DNA of 42,192 nucleotides from an uncultured Mycobacterium sp. (GCA_964196535.1 CAXMUG010000054.1:1-42192), one strand, 5' to 3'. Positions 12,057 to 22,983 are shown, counted from the first letter of the stretch. The notes: a model not told the origin generated them from the sequence alone. Translations and numbers: made by a program.

Positions 12057-12713
12057 TTATAAGGTATTAGATTGGTGCTTTTCCAGGTAACTTTTTAACG
12101 CCTCTAAATGCTCACTATACATATTGTTGCTTTCTGCATATTCGACAAGCTCGCTAGCGCCCGCCACTGTAATTACCGATATATTCAAATCTTGCTCAAC
12201 TTGTTGAACAGCTGATAGCGACTGGTCATTGCCAAGTTCTTGGCGATCAAATGCAATTACCACACCTTGAATCTGCGCCTTGGAATCAGCCTGAGCAATA
12301 ATATCCGCCGCCTCATTAATGGCTGTGCCTGCCGTAATAACGTCATCTAAGATCAACACCTTGCCAGTTAAAGGTGCACCAACAATCTGCCCGCCATCAC
12401 CATGTTTTTTTACTTCTTTACGATTAAACGCATAAGGATAATTTTTCCCATAGTCTCGTGATAGAGTCATTGCCACAGCAGCTACCAGTGGAATACCTTT
12501 GTAGGCAGGTCCAAATAACATATCGAAATCCATCTTTGAATCGACAATGGCTTGTGCATAGAATTGACTTAATTGAGCTAATGCTTGCCCGTCATTGAAC
12601 AAACCAGCATTAAAAAAGTACGGACTGTTTCGACCAGATTTAAGTGTAAATTCACCAAACTGCAATACACCCCGCTCAACTGCGAATTGAATAAACTTAG
12701 TACTATTTTTCAT
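12057..12713 (-). CDS. pyrE: Orotate phosphoribosyltransferase
   Basis: FGEFTLKSGRNSPYFFNAG, LFGPAYKGIP, FNRKE, ILDDVITAGTA. Confidence 0.97.
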   Translation of the reverse strand: MKNSTKFIQFAVERGVLQFGEFTLKSGRNSPYFFNAGLFNDGQALAQLSQFYAQAIVDSKMDFDMLFGPAYKGIPLVAAVAMTLSRDYGKNYPYAFNRKEVKKHGDGGQIVGAPLTGKVLILDDVITAGTAINEAADIIAQADSKAQIQGVVIAFDRQELGNDQSLSAVQQVEQDLNISVITVAGASELVEYAESNNMYSEHLEALKSYLEKHQSNTL

Positions 12714-12786
12714 GTGGATACTTTTATTTATGGATCTTTGCTAGTGTACTAAAAATATATTTTATTTGATCTAATCCCATTTAACT

Positions 12787-13563
12787 ATGCGCATCATCAC
12801 AGTCAATGTAAACGGTATAAGAGCTGCTGCACGTAAGGGCTTTTTTGATTGGCTACAAAAACAAAAAGCAGACGTAGTCTGCATACAAGAAACCAAGGCA
12901 CAAATCCATCAGCTTGAAGAGGATCCTATTTACTTTCCCAAGGGTTACCATTGTTATTATGTTGATGCAGTAAAAAAAGGCTACAGTGGCGTTGCAGTAT
13001 TTAGCAAACATAGGCCTACAAAAGTCATTCGGAAATACGATGACAAAGAATTTGATAATGAAGGCCGCTACTTAGAATTACAATTCGATAAGCTTGCCGT
13101 AGTTTCCCTCTATGCGCCTTCCGGTTCCTCAAGCGAAGAACGGCAACAAGCCAAGTTTCGTTTCATGGATACCTTTATGCAGCATCTTAAGAATTTAAAA
13201 CGCCGCAAAAAGAAATACATTATCTGTGGTGATTGGAATATTGCACACAAAGAAATTGATTTAAAAAACTGGCGTGGCAATAAGAAAAATTCTGGCTTTT
13301 TACCTGAAGAACGCGCTTGGCTAGATACTTTGTTTAATGAAGTAGGCTATATCGATGTATTTCGCGAAGTGAATCAAGCAGAAGACCAATACACTTGGTG
13401 GTCAAATCGCGGCCAAGCTTGGGCTAAAAATGTTGGCTGGCGCATCGATTATCATATTGCATCACCAAAACTTAACAACACAGCAAAAAAAGCGAGCATC
13501 TATAAAGATGAGCGCTTTTCAGACCATGCGCCATTAATTATTGACTACAAATTAGAAATGTGA
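12787..13563 (+). CDS. xth: Exodeoxyribonuclease III (ExoA/Crc-like subfamily, catalytic residues intact)
   Basis: NVNGIRAA, IQETKA, GYSGVA, CGDWNIAH, YTWWSNRG, GWRIDY, SDHAP. Confidence 0.92.
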   Translation: MRIITVNVNGIRAAARKGFFDWLQKQKADVVCIQETKAQIHQLEEDPIYFPKGYHCYYVDAVKKGYSGVAVFSKHRPTKVIRKYDDKEFDNEGRYLELQFDKLAVVSLYAPSGSSSEERQQAKFRFMDTFMQHLKNLKRRKKKYIICGDWNIAHKEIDLKNWRGNKKNSGFLPEERAWLDTLFNEVGYIDVFREVNQAEDQYTWWSNRGQAWAKNVGWRIDYHIASPKLNNTAKKASIYKDERFSDHAPLIIDYKLEM

Positions 13564-14948
13564 CTGAACAAAAAGCATCTCAACATAAATCTTGGCTGCA
13601 GTCATTTAATGTATATCTGCATCCGCGTGTATTTGCGATGTTATTTCTTGGCTTTTCAGCCGGCTTGCCACTTTTTTTAGTATTTGGAACTTTATCTTTT
13701 TGGCTTAGAAAAGAAGGTATTGATCGCACAACTATCGGTTACGTTTCATGGGTGGCGATTCTGTATGGGTTTAAGTTCATATGGGCTCCCCTTGTTGATC
13801 GACTACAGTTGCCATTACTAACAAGCTGGTTAGGTCAACGTCGTAGCTGGATGTTGTTAGCACAAATTGGTGTTCTTATTGGCCTGTGGTTAATGGCCAG
13901 TAATACTCCTAGTACACAGTTAAATGCTCTCGTACTAGCTGCTCTATTAGTTGCTTTTTCATCTGCTACACAAGACATCAGCATTGATGCATGGCGTATC
14001 GAGTCTGTAGAAATTGAGTTACAAGGCGCAATGGCAGGTACCTATCAGCTAGGTTACAGATTGGGATTAATTTTAGCGGGTGGTGGAGCGTTTTTAATTG
14101 CCGGTAGTTATTCATGGAGTACAGCTTATTTTTTTATGGGTTGTGCCATGTTCATCGGCATGCTTACAACTTTATTGATTACGGAACCCGCACGAGACAT
14201 TGAACAACAGACCTGGGAACAAGAACAGCGTGTAATTCAATTCTTAGAAGGATCTTCTCGCTTACCTAATGGATTACGTAATCTTGTTGCTTGGATTATT
14301 GGTGCTGTAATTTGCCCATTTATTGATTTCTTTGCTCGCAATGGTGTCGCCGCGATTTCAATTTTACTTTTCATCGGTTTATTTCGTATTAGTGACATCA
14401 CTATGGGTGTTATGTCCGGACCATTTTATGCAGACATGGGCTATACCGAAACACAAATTGGACTAGTGTCTAAAACGTTTGGCATTGTAGTCACAATAAT
14501 TGGTGCGCTACTCGGCGGAGTATTAGTAATGCGTTATGGTGTAATGCGCATGCTCATCATTTCAGCCATTATGGTTGTATTAACAAATTTATTATTTGCA
14601 TGGCTAGCCACGCAAGATGCAAAAATTACCTCTCTGGCTTTGGTGATTACTGCAGATAATTTAAGCGGTGGTATGGCTGGCTCAGCATTTATTGCTTATC
14701 TATCGGGACTCACGAACCGCGCTTATACCGCTACACAATATGCATTATTTAGTTCATTAATGTTATTACCGGCAAAGTTCATTGGTGGTTTTTCAGGAAA
14801 AATTGTAGATGCCTATGGCTACATACAATTTTTCATCTACGCGGGCTTGCTAGGTATTCCAGCAATCTTGTTAGCGGTCTATTTATGGCGTAAAAGTGAT
14901 GTTCTATTTGGAACGAAAGCAACTGCTGACAATCAAAAGATAGAATAA
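13560..14948 (+). CDS. ampG: AmpG family muropeptide MFS permease
   Basis: LGFSAGLP, KFIWAPLVD, GQRRSWML, SATQDISIDAWRIE, YTATQYALFSS. The GTG start overlaps the xth stop (GTGA). Confidence 0.9.
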   Translation: MTEQKASQHKSWLQSFNVYLHPRVFAMLFLGFSAGLPLFLVFGTLSFWLRKEGIDRTTIGYVSWVAILYGFKFIWAPLVDRLQLPLLTSWLGQRRSWMLLAQIGVLIGLWLMASNTPSTQLNALVLAALLVAFSSATQDISIDAWRIESVEIELQGAMAGTYQLGYRLGLILAGGGAFLIAGSYSWSTAYFFMGCAMFIGMLTTLLITEPARDIEQQTWEQEQRVIQFLEGSSRLPNGLRNLVAWIIGAVICPFIDFFARNGVAAISILLFIGLFRISDITMGVMSGPFYADMGYTETQIGLVSKTFGIVVTIIGALLGGVLVMRYGVMRMLIISAIMVVLTNLLFAWLATQDAKITSLALVITADNLSGGMAGSAFIAYLSGLTNRAYTATQYALFSSLMLLPAKFIGGFSGKIVDAYGYIQFFIYAGLLGIPAILLAVYLWRKSDVLFGTKATADNQKIE

Positions 14949-14967
14949 TATTTCTCAGGAGTGAGCC

Positions 14968-15702
14968 ATGAGATTTAAATTGTTAACTATTGTATTTTGT
15001 ACAAGTGTTTTTGCGGGGAGCTTACATGCAGAGTGGTTTAATAAAGCGAAAGACCTATTAAACGAATCAGGTGTTACTTCTTCTGGTACAGCAAGTAGCC
15101 TTACAGATGGTGAAATATCTTCTGGTCTCAAAGAAGCACTTCGCGTGGGTTCTGACTTGGTAGTAAACCAACTTGGTGTTACAGATGGTTTTAATGCAGA
15201 CCCAAGCATTCATATCCCACTGCCCAATAGTTTGCAGAAAGTGCAATCCACTTTAGATAAAGCAGGCATGAGTGGAATGTTAGATGATTTAGAAACGCGC
15301 TTGAATCGAGCTGCAGAGATTGCTACACCTAAAGCAAAAGAATTATTTTTTAATGCCATTCAAGCCATTACATTAGATGACGCTCGCAATATTTTAGCGG
15401 GTGAAAATGATGCAGCAACAAGATACTTTCAATCAAAAATGACGCCGGACTTAGTTGAAGAATTCACTCCTATAGTGAATGATAGTTTGTCAGAAGCGGG
15501 AGCAATAAAAAGTTACGACAATGCCATTGGACAATATGAAAAACTTCCTTTAGTTCCAGATGCTAAAGCGGATTTAAGTAATTATGTTGTAGAAAAAGGT
15601 ATGGATGGAATTTTTCACTACCTAGCAGTGGAAGAAGCTAAAATTAGAACCAACCCTGTAGCACGCACAACAGATTTACTGAAAAAAGTTTTTACAAAAT
15701 AA
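14968..15702 (+). CDS. Exported DUF4197-domain protein
   Basis: Signal peptide, GLKEALRVG, LNRAAE.A, DA..IL.G..DAATRYF, EEAKIRTNPVARTTDLLKKVF. SD AGGAG. Confidence 0.85.
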   Translation: MRFKLLTIVFCTSVFAGSLHAEWFNKAKDLLNESGVTSSGTASSLTDGEISSGLKEALRVGSDLVVNQLGVTDGFNADPSIHIPLPNSLQKVQSTLDKAGMSGMLDDLETRLNRAAEIATPKAKELFFNAIQAITLDDARNILAGENDAATRYFQSKMTPDLVEEFTPIVNDSLSEAGAIKSYDNAIGQYEKLPLVPDAKADLSNYVVEKGMDGIFHYLAVEEAKIRTNPVARTTDLLKKVFTK

Positions 15703-15758
15703 AAGCCGTGTGGGTGACGTGTGCGGTCATTTTTTATATATCAGAACTTTAAAGCTCT

Positions 15759-16304
15759 TTAAGGAATAATCTCGATCGGAGTGCCGTCTTTAACGGCCTC
15801 CCATATTTCATCCATTTCATGATCTTGAACGGCAATGCAGCCTTCAGTCCAATCATCTTGATTAAATAAAAGGCTTGTTTTATCTACCCAGTTACCGGGT
15901 TGGCCGTGAATCATAATCGCGCCACCGGGAGAATCGCCACGCTCGCGTGCATCGCGATGGTCTGTCTTACTAGGGTAAGAAACATGTATAGAGCGGTAAA
16001 ACTTACTATTTGGGTTACGCCAATCTAAAGTGTAAATACCTTCTGGTGTACGGGAGTCCCCTTCACGCGCTTTATGCCCATCCGGTTGCTTACCAAGCGC
16101 AATTCGATAGGTTTTCAGGATTTCGCTGCCGCGATAAAGATATAGCTTACGTTCAGCTTTTTTAACCACCACATAATCTGCTTTATCGATAGTGGTCGCA
16201 TCTTCTGTAGAAGCATGAACCATGCTAATTAAGAAAATAGTCATGCAATACGCAATGCTAAAACTAATTCGGATTATATTTTGTGGTCTAAATAATCTTA
16301 TCAC
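15759..16304 (-). CDS. L,D-transpeptidase family (YkuD) protein
   Basis: VVVKKAERKLYL, EGDSRTPEG.Y, IMIHG...WTEGCIAV (His/Cys catalytic pair), GTPIEI. N-terminal signal or anchor. Confidence 0.9.
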   Translation of the reverse strand: MIRLFRPQNIIRISFSIAYCMTIFLISMVHASTEDATTIDKADYVVVKKAERKLYLYRGSEILKTYRIALGKQPDGHKAREGDSRTPEGIYTLDWRNPNSKFYRSIHVSYPSKTDHRDARERGDSPGGAIMIHGQPGNWVDKTSLLFNQDDWTEGCIAVQDHEMDEIWEAVKDGTPIEIIP

Positions 16305-16369
16305 AGTCGCACTCTCTTAATGCTTTAAATAGAAAGTGTGGCAAGTCTATGTTGCCAACCCGCTAAATT

Positions 16370-17008
16370 CTACGGCTGACTGCGCTTACTTTTCACCCAT
16401 TTTATGATGGGCTCCCACATTTCTCGGTCAAGCTCGGTTGCACGTGGTGCCATCTCAAATATACCTAATCCTCGTTCTGCAGCTTTAATGTAATTTTGAC
16501 TATCCCGTAACATCGTTAAAAATGGTATATGTTGTTTACTAAGGAAGTCATCCAGTTCCCAATAGATGTTTGTATAGTCACGAGAGCGATTTGCAACCAG
16601 TGCGAGTTTTGCTTTTTTGCGCTGAACAGGGGCTGATTTTTTTAATTCCGCGATAAATCCACTCACCGCACGCATATCAAGGGGTGAAGGCAACACCGGT
16701 ATAAGAATAGTTTGAGCTTTATTCAACATTTTGCTTAGATCACCACCGTGCATTCTGGCCGGGGCATCGTGAATGACAAAATCGGTATTTCGGCTAGGGC
16801 GTTTTGCACTTTTTTTATAGGCTGCAATGCCTTCTATTGGCGGGCGGGCGGCGGAACGTGCTGCTAGCCAGTCCATGCTACTAGCTTGTTGGTCATAATC
16901 CATTAGCACCACTTTCTTATTCTGCGAGGCAAAATAAGAAGCCAAATTTGTCGCGATGGTGGATTTTCCGGATCCACCCTTAGAATTAATCACCATAATG
17001 TTGCGCAT
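16370..17008 (-). CDS. Orphan short ParA-family ATPase
   Basis: Deviant Walker A KGGSGKST, DYDQQAS, HDAPA, PVLPSPLD. 212 aa. SD GAGGTG. No adjacent parB. Confidence 0.88.
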   Translation of the reverse strand: MRNIMVINSKGGSGKSTIATNLASYFASQNKKVVLMDYDQQASSMDWLAARSAARPPIEGIAAYKKSAKRPSRNTDFVIHDAPARMHGGDLSKMLNKAQTILIPVLPSPLDMRAVSGFIAELKKSAPVQRKKAKLALVANRSRDYTNIYWELDDFLSKQHIPFLTMLRDSQNYIKAAERGLGIFEMAPRATELDREMWEPIIKWVKSKRSQP

Positions 17009-17185
17009 ATCTTAAACACCTCACGTATGTAGATTGGTAGACGAAGTTTGTCTTAACTAAGACTACATGCCAAGTACAAATAATGACTTCCATGCAATAT
17101 TCGCTGTCGTGAGGATTTCAAAAGCTAATTGAGTAAGGCCACATGAATGAGCTAGTAAATGTTTTTGAATAAAGCTTCAATAGAA

Positions 17186-17240
17186 GCAAGAAAATCGGCA
17201 GGGCTAATAGTCGATAGCCACTAGTTGATGGCTTTCTTGC
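17186..17240 (+). other. Predicted compact three-way-junction RNA structure in a 287-nt intergenic region
   Basis: P1 GCAAGAA (17186-92) / TTCTTGC (17234-40). P2 ATCGGC (17194-99) / GTCGAT (17210-15) with one G-U. P3 AGCCA (17216-20) / TGGCT (17229-33). No known family recognised. Confidence 0.3.
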
Positions 17241-17295
17241 AAAAATTACAATATGGTCATGTTTTAAGGAGATCGCAGATTTAGTCGTATGTTAG

Positions 17296-18060
17296 CTACA
17301 TAAACTCAGCAATTACTGGTGCATGATCTGAAGGTCGCTCATTACTACGTGGCGCCTTATCCACCACGCTGAAGCTACAATTACCCTCAAGAGCCGTACT
17401 TGCAAGAATCAAATCTATCCTCAGCCCTAGGTTACGGCGAAATCCAGCAGCGCGGTAATCCCACCAGCTAAAAGTATTTTCCTCTTGATTAAATAACCTA
17501 AAGGTATCCACAAATCCTAAATCAGTAATCTCGTTCAGTGCTTCACGCTCTTTATCACTACATAAGATCTTATTTCTCCATGCTTCAGGATCATGTATAT
17601 CAGCATCTTCTGGGGCAATATTAAAATCGCCCAACACCACATAGTTTGGATATTTTTTTAGATCTTTCTTAATAAACGCGGTAACTTTTTTCAACCAATC
17701 TAGCTTGTATTCATACTTATCAGAATCTACTTCTTTACCATTCACCACATAGAGATTTAACACCCGAACATCGTCTACGGTAACGGCGAGTATCCTGCGT
17801 TGTGGATCATCTAATCCCTTAATATCTTTTACTACATCACTACCTTTTTGTTTAGAAAGTACCGCTACACCGTTATAGGTTTTTTGCCCCGAAAACTGCA
17901 CTTGATAGCCCGCCTGTTGAATTTCCTCAAACGGAAAATCTTCATCCACCATTTTAGTTTCTTGTAAAGCGAGCACTTCCACTGGATTATCTTCCAGCCA
18001 TTCCAATACTTGCGGCAAACGCACTCTTAATGAATTCACATTCCAAGAAGCAATTTTCAT
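17296..18060 (-). CDS. xth: Exodeoxyribonuclease III (second paralog, XthA-like)
   Basis: SWNVNSLRVR, LQETK, GQKTYNGVA, LGDFNIAP, FSWWDYR, GLRIDLIL, PSDHAP. Confidence 0.94.
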   Translation of the reverse strand: MKIASWNVNSLRVRLPQVLEWLEDNPVEVLALQETKMVDEDFPFEEIQQAGYQVQFSGQKTYNGVAVLSKQKGSDVVKDIKGLDDPQRRILAVTVDDVRVLNLYVVNGKEVDSDKYEYKLDWLKKVTAFIKKDLKKYPNYVVLGDFNIAPEDADIHDPEAWRNKILCSDKEREALNEITDLGFVDTFRLFNQEENTFSWWDYRAAGFRRNLGLRIDLILASTALEGNCSFSVVDKAPRSNERPSDHAPVIAEFM

Positions 18061-18092
18061 AATTCCTAATACTTAAACAAGCTTTATTAACA

Positions 18093-18743
18093 TCATGAGA
18101 AACGAAATCCATGTAGCCTTTTTTTCATACGCCACGATGAAAGTTTCACTCCTAACAAAATCCCTGCAAATAAAAGTACCGCAGCAAAACCAAACAGCCA
18201 CAAATTTTTACTAGCCAATATTTGCGTTTGCGTTTTTTGCTCATCAACTAAGCTGCGCTTAGAGGCCAACATCGTTTGCCCTACACTCATAGCACTTTTT
18301 TCTTCTACCTGTTGCTGAAGTGCAAGATTGGTTTGTTGCTGTTGCTCAAGTGCGGTATTAAGTTCTTTAATTTGAGTCACTGAATCAACTGAAGAGTCTG
18401 TAGTATTATTTTGTAAATCGTTTTTCAGTGCCTCTAGCTCTAGCTCTTTATTTTTTTCGCTGACAGAAAAATAAAGCAATTTTTCAGGCGGCTCATCTAC
18501 TAAAAAAGCTGATTTCACCCAGCCCTCCGTACCGTCATATGTACTTACTCGACTGAAACCATCTTGAGTCACAAACACTTCTACGGAGTCTCCGCTATCA
18601 ATTGTTTGTAGTTGTTCACTCTCGGCGCTTGGTTTTGAATAAACTCGCAATTGTAGCGAATCGGTTACGTAAGCAAACTCCTGCGCCCATAATGACTGTG
18701 TACAGAGAGTAAGCAATGCCGATATATAAAAACATTTTTTCAT
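18093..18743 (-). CDS. SH3-domain envelope protein (YgiM/TIGR04211-like: signal peptide, SH3b, coiled coil, C-terminal transmembrane helix)
   Basis: Signal ending LWA, AYVTDSLQLRVY...SGDSVEV...GTEGWVKSAFL, Q-rich coiled coil, transmembrane LWLFGFAAVLLFAGILLG, basic tail. Confidence 0.78.
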   Translation of the reverse strand: MKKCFYISALLTLCTQSLWAQEFAYVTDSLQLRVYSKPSAESEQLQTIDSGDSVEVFVTQDGFSRVSTYDGTEGWVKSAFLVDEPPEKLLYFSVSEKNKELELEALKNDLQNNTTDSSVDSVTQIKELNTALEQQQQTNLALQQQVEEKSAMSVGQTMLASKRSLVDEQKTQTQILASKNLWLFGFAAVLLFAGILLGVKLSSWRMKKRLHGFRFS

Positions 18744-18809
18744 TACCGACTATTATGCCTTAACTACATTACGTTTCGTTTCGTTATACGAAAAAATTAT
18801 AGAATGCGG

Positions 18810-19733
18810 CTAGTATTTGATAGTACCTATAATCTTCAAGAAGATACTAACGACAAATACCACGAATAAAAACGCTAGTCCTGCGGAGAATAAGCGATTA
18901 TTGCGTGACATATGTGTTTCTGATTTTGAGGAAAGTAAAAAAGGTTGATACTTTTTTGTTTGTGGTTTTTTAAGCACCTGCATTCGTTTAGATAATGGAC
19001 TTGATAGTTTATGTTCTAACACAATTCTTTTTGCGTCGGATCGTGCAATTTCCCACTCATCTTGGTTGATTTGTCCATCGTTATTTTTATCGTAACTAAA
19101 GAGCTTTTCTTTATCACATTTTAATTCGCGCAAATACGCGCTTGCAGCATCTTTAAGATTTACTCCAACACCTGTTCCCATTGAGCTGTATTCGCCAATT
19201 GCATAAAGATACTCATATTGATCTAAGCGTCGCTCGGTATAACGATATCTTTGGCCTGACTGAAAAATAGCGCCTCCCAATACGTCTAGTGGAGACATGT
19301 ACGCCGCAGGACTTATGCGTTTAGACCCATACCATGTGTTTGATGAACTAGGTGTTACTTCTGCATCTTCAGGGTCAATTACACACATGCCGGTATCATC
19401 TTCTAGCAAAAACAAATGGTCACTCACGCCGCCATCAATATGGCGCCACTTTTGCTTTGAATGAGCAACATACTCGTCAACTGAGAAGGAATACCAAACA
19501 CAAGGTTGTCCGCTTAATGGTGCATGAATTTCCGGCCCATCCATCCATTTAGCTGTGCCATGAAGCTCAACATAACCTTGAGTACAAGATCGAATTTTCG
19601 AGGTGGGCATGTCTTCGATTAAACGAGCCCGGTGAAACATTCGTAGTGCAGCAAACAAACATATGCATGCACAAACAAATAATGAGATTAATAAAAACCA
19701 ATTGCCATTACTAAAACGAGACAGTTCTTGCAC
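18810..19733 (-). CDS. Membrane protein with a GIDE/BAM-like domain (MUL1/MAPL-related, no RING) and an EF-hand loop
   Basis: N- and C-terminal transmembrane helices. IEDMPTSKIRS..QGYVELHG, APLSGQPCVWY, FLLEDDTG.CVIDPEDAEV, YRYTERRL...LYAIG. EF-hand DKNNDGQINQDE. Directly downstream of lemA. Confidence 0.7.
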   Translation of the reverse strand: MQELSRFSNGNWFLLISLFVCACICLFAALRMFHRARLIEDMPTSKIRSCTQGYVELHGTAKWMDGPEIHAPLSGQPCVWYSFSVDEYVAHSKQKWRHIDGGVSDHLFLLEDDTGMCVIDPEDAEVTPSSSNTWYGSKRISPAAYMSPLDVLGGAIFQSGQRYRYTERRLDQYEYLYAIGEYSSMGTGVGVNLKDAASAYLRELKCDKEKLFSYDKNNDGQINQDEWEIARSDAKRIVLEHKLSSPLSKRMQVLKKPQTKKYQPFLLSSKSETHMSRNNRLFSAGLAFLFVVFVVSIFLKIIGTIKY

Positions 19734-19773
19734 GACTGAAATTTGCTAAGCTTTATTGAAAGATGTAAGCGTA

Positions 19774-20346
19774 TTACTCAAACAGTGCTTTTACATCTAC
19801 GTCTTGAGTTTCTGACTCAGCAAACTCAAGCAAATCGAATGGTTTGAACGCCAGCGTTCTCGCTACAATTAAATCAGGAAATTGTTCAATGCGAACATTA
19901 TTTCGATTCACGCTTTCATTATAAAACTCACGGCGATCTGCAATCGAATTTTCTAAGCCTGAAATTCTTTCTTGTAGGTGTCGAAAAGTTTCGTTGGCCT
20001 TAAGTTCTGGATAATCCTCGGCCACTGCAAACAAGTTACCTAAGCCCATACGCAACATTCCTTCGGCTGAACCCAGTGCATTCATGTCACCAGACTGTTG
20101 TTCATTAAAAACTCTTGAGCGTGCTTCCATTACTTTGGTCAACGTCTCTTGTTCATATCCCATGTATTCCTTACACACTTCAATGAGTTTTGGGATTTCG
20201 TCGTGACGCTGTTTCAGTAACACATCAATATTGGACCATGCCTTACTAACCGCATGTTTCAAGTTAACCAAGTTGTTATAAATAACAATGAAGTAACCTG
20301 CTAATACAACGATGATGGCTAGAAAAATGATGCTACCGATACCCAT
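19774..20346 (-). CDS. lemA: LemA family protein
   Basis: N-terminal transmembrane helix, YNNLV, AWSNIDVLLKQRHDEIPKL, AVAEDYPELKAN, IADRREFYNESV, FPD. SD AGGGAG. Confidence 0.95.
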   Translation of the reverse strand: MGIGSIIFLAIIVVLAGYFIVIYNNLVNLKHAVSKAWSNIDVLLKQRHDEIPKLIEVCKEYMGYEQETLTKVMEARSRVFNEQQSGDMNALGSAEGMLRMGLGNLFAVAEDYPELKANETFRHLQERISGLENSIADRREFYNESVNRNNVRIEQFPDLIVARTLAFKPFDLLEFAESETQDVDVKALFE

Positions 20347-20396
20347 ATGCGGCTCCCTTGCTGTTTAGATTGAGAATTTCAACTACATAACCATTA

Positions 20397-20424
20397 ATAT
20401 GGGGGTATTTTCTTTAAAATCAGC
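20397..20424 (-). promoter_or_regulatory. Candidate sigma32 (RpoH) promoter upstream of lemA
   Basis: The minus strand reads GCTGAT, 14 nt, CCCCATAT. The -10 matches the RpoH consensus CCCCATNT. The -35 matches CTTGAA only partly. Confidence 0.45.
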
Positions 20425-20505
20425 AATCTATGCTAGCAAAACGATGACTAGCGCGGATTTAATCCTGATTAACTAATTGATGAAAAGTGTTTTTGGGTTA
20501 ATTTG

Positions 20506-22956
<2,451 letters not shown>

Positions 22957-22983
22957 TTATTTAAACGTTTAATGTAACGCTGG

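Noticed and set aside
15703-15735. GT-rich stretch and T-tract after the DUF4197 gene as a terminator
   Set aside because: The stem is weak and relies on G-U pairs (GGTGAC/GTCATT). It is possible but too poorly supported to list as a feature.
18433-18447. Short repeats TCTAGC x2 in the SH3 gene and CGTTT x2-3 near 18772-18785
   Set aside because: Too few units for a contingency locus. The first simply encodes ELELE in a coiled coil.
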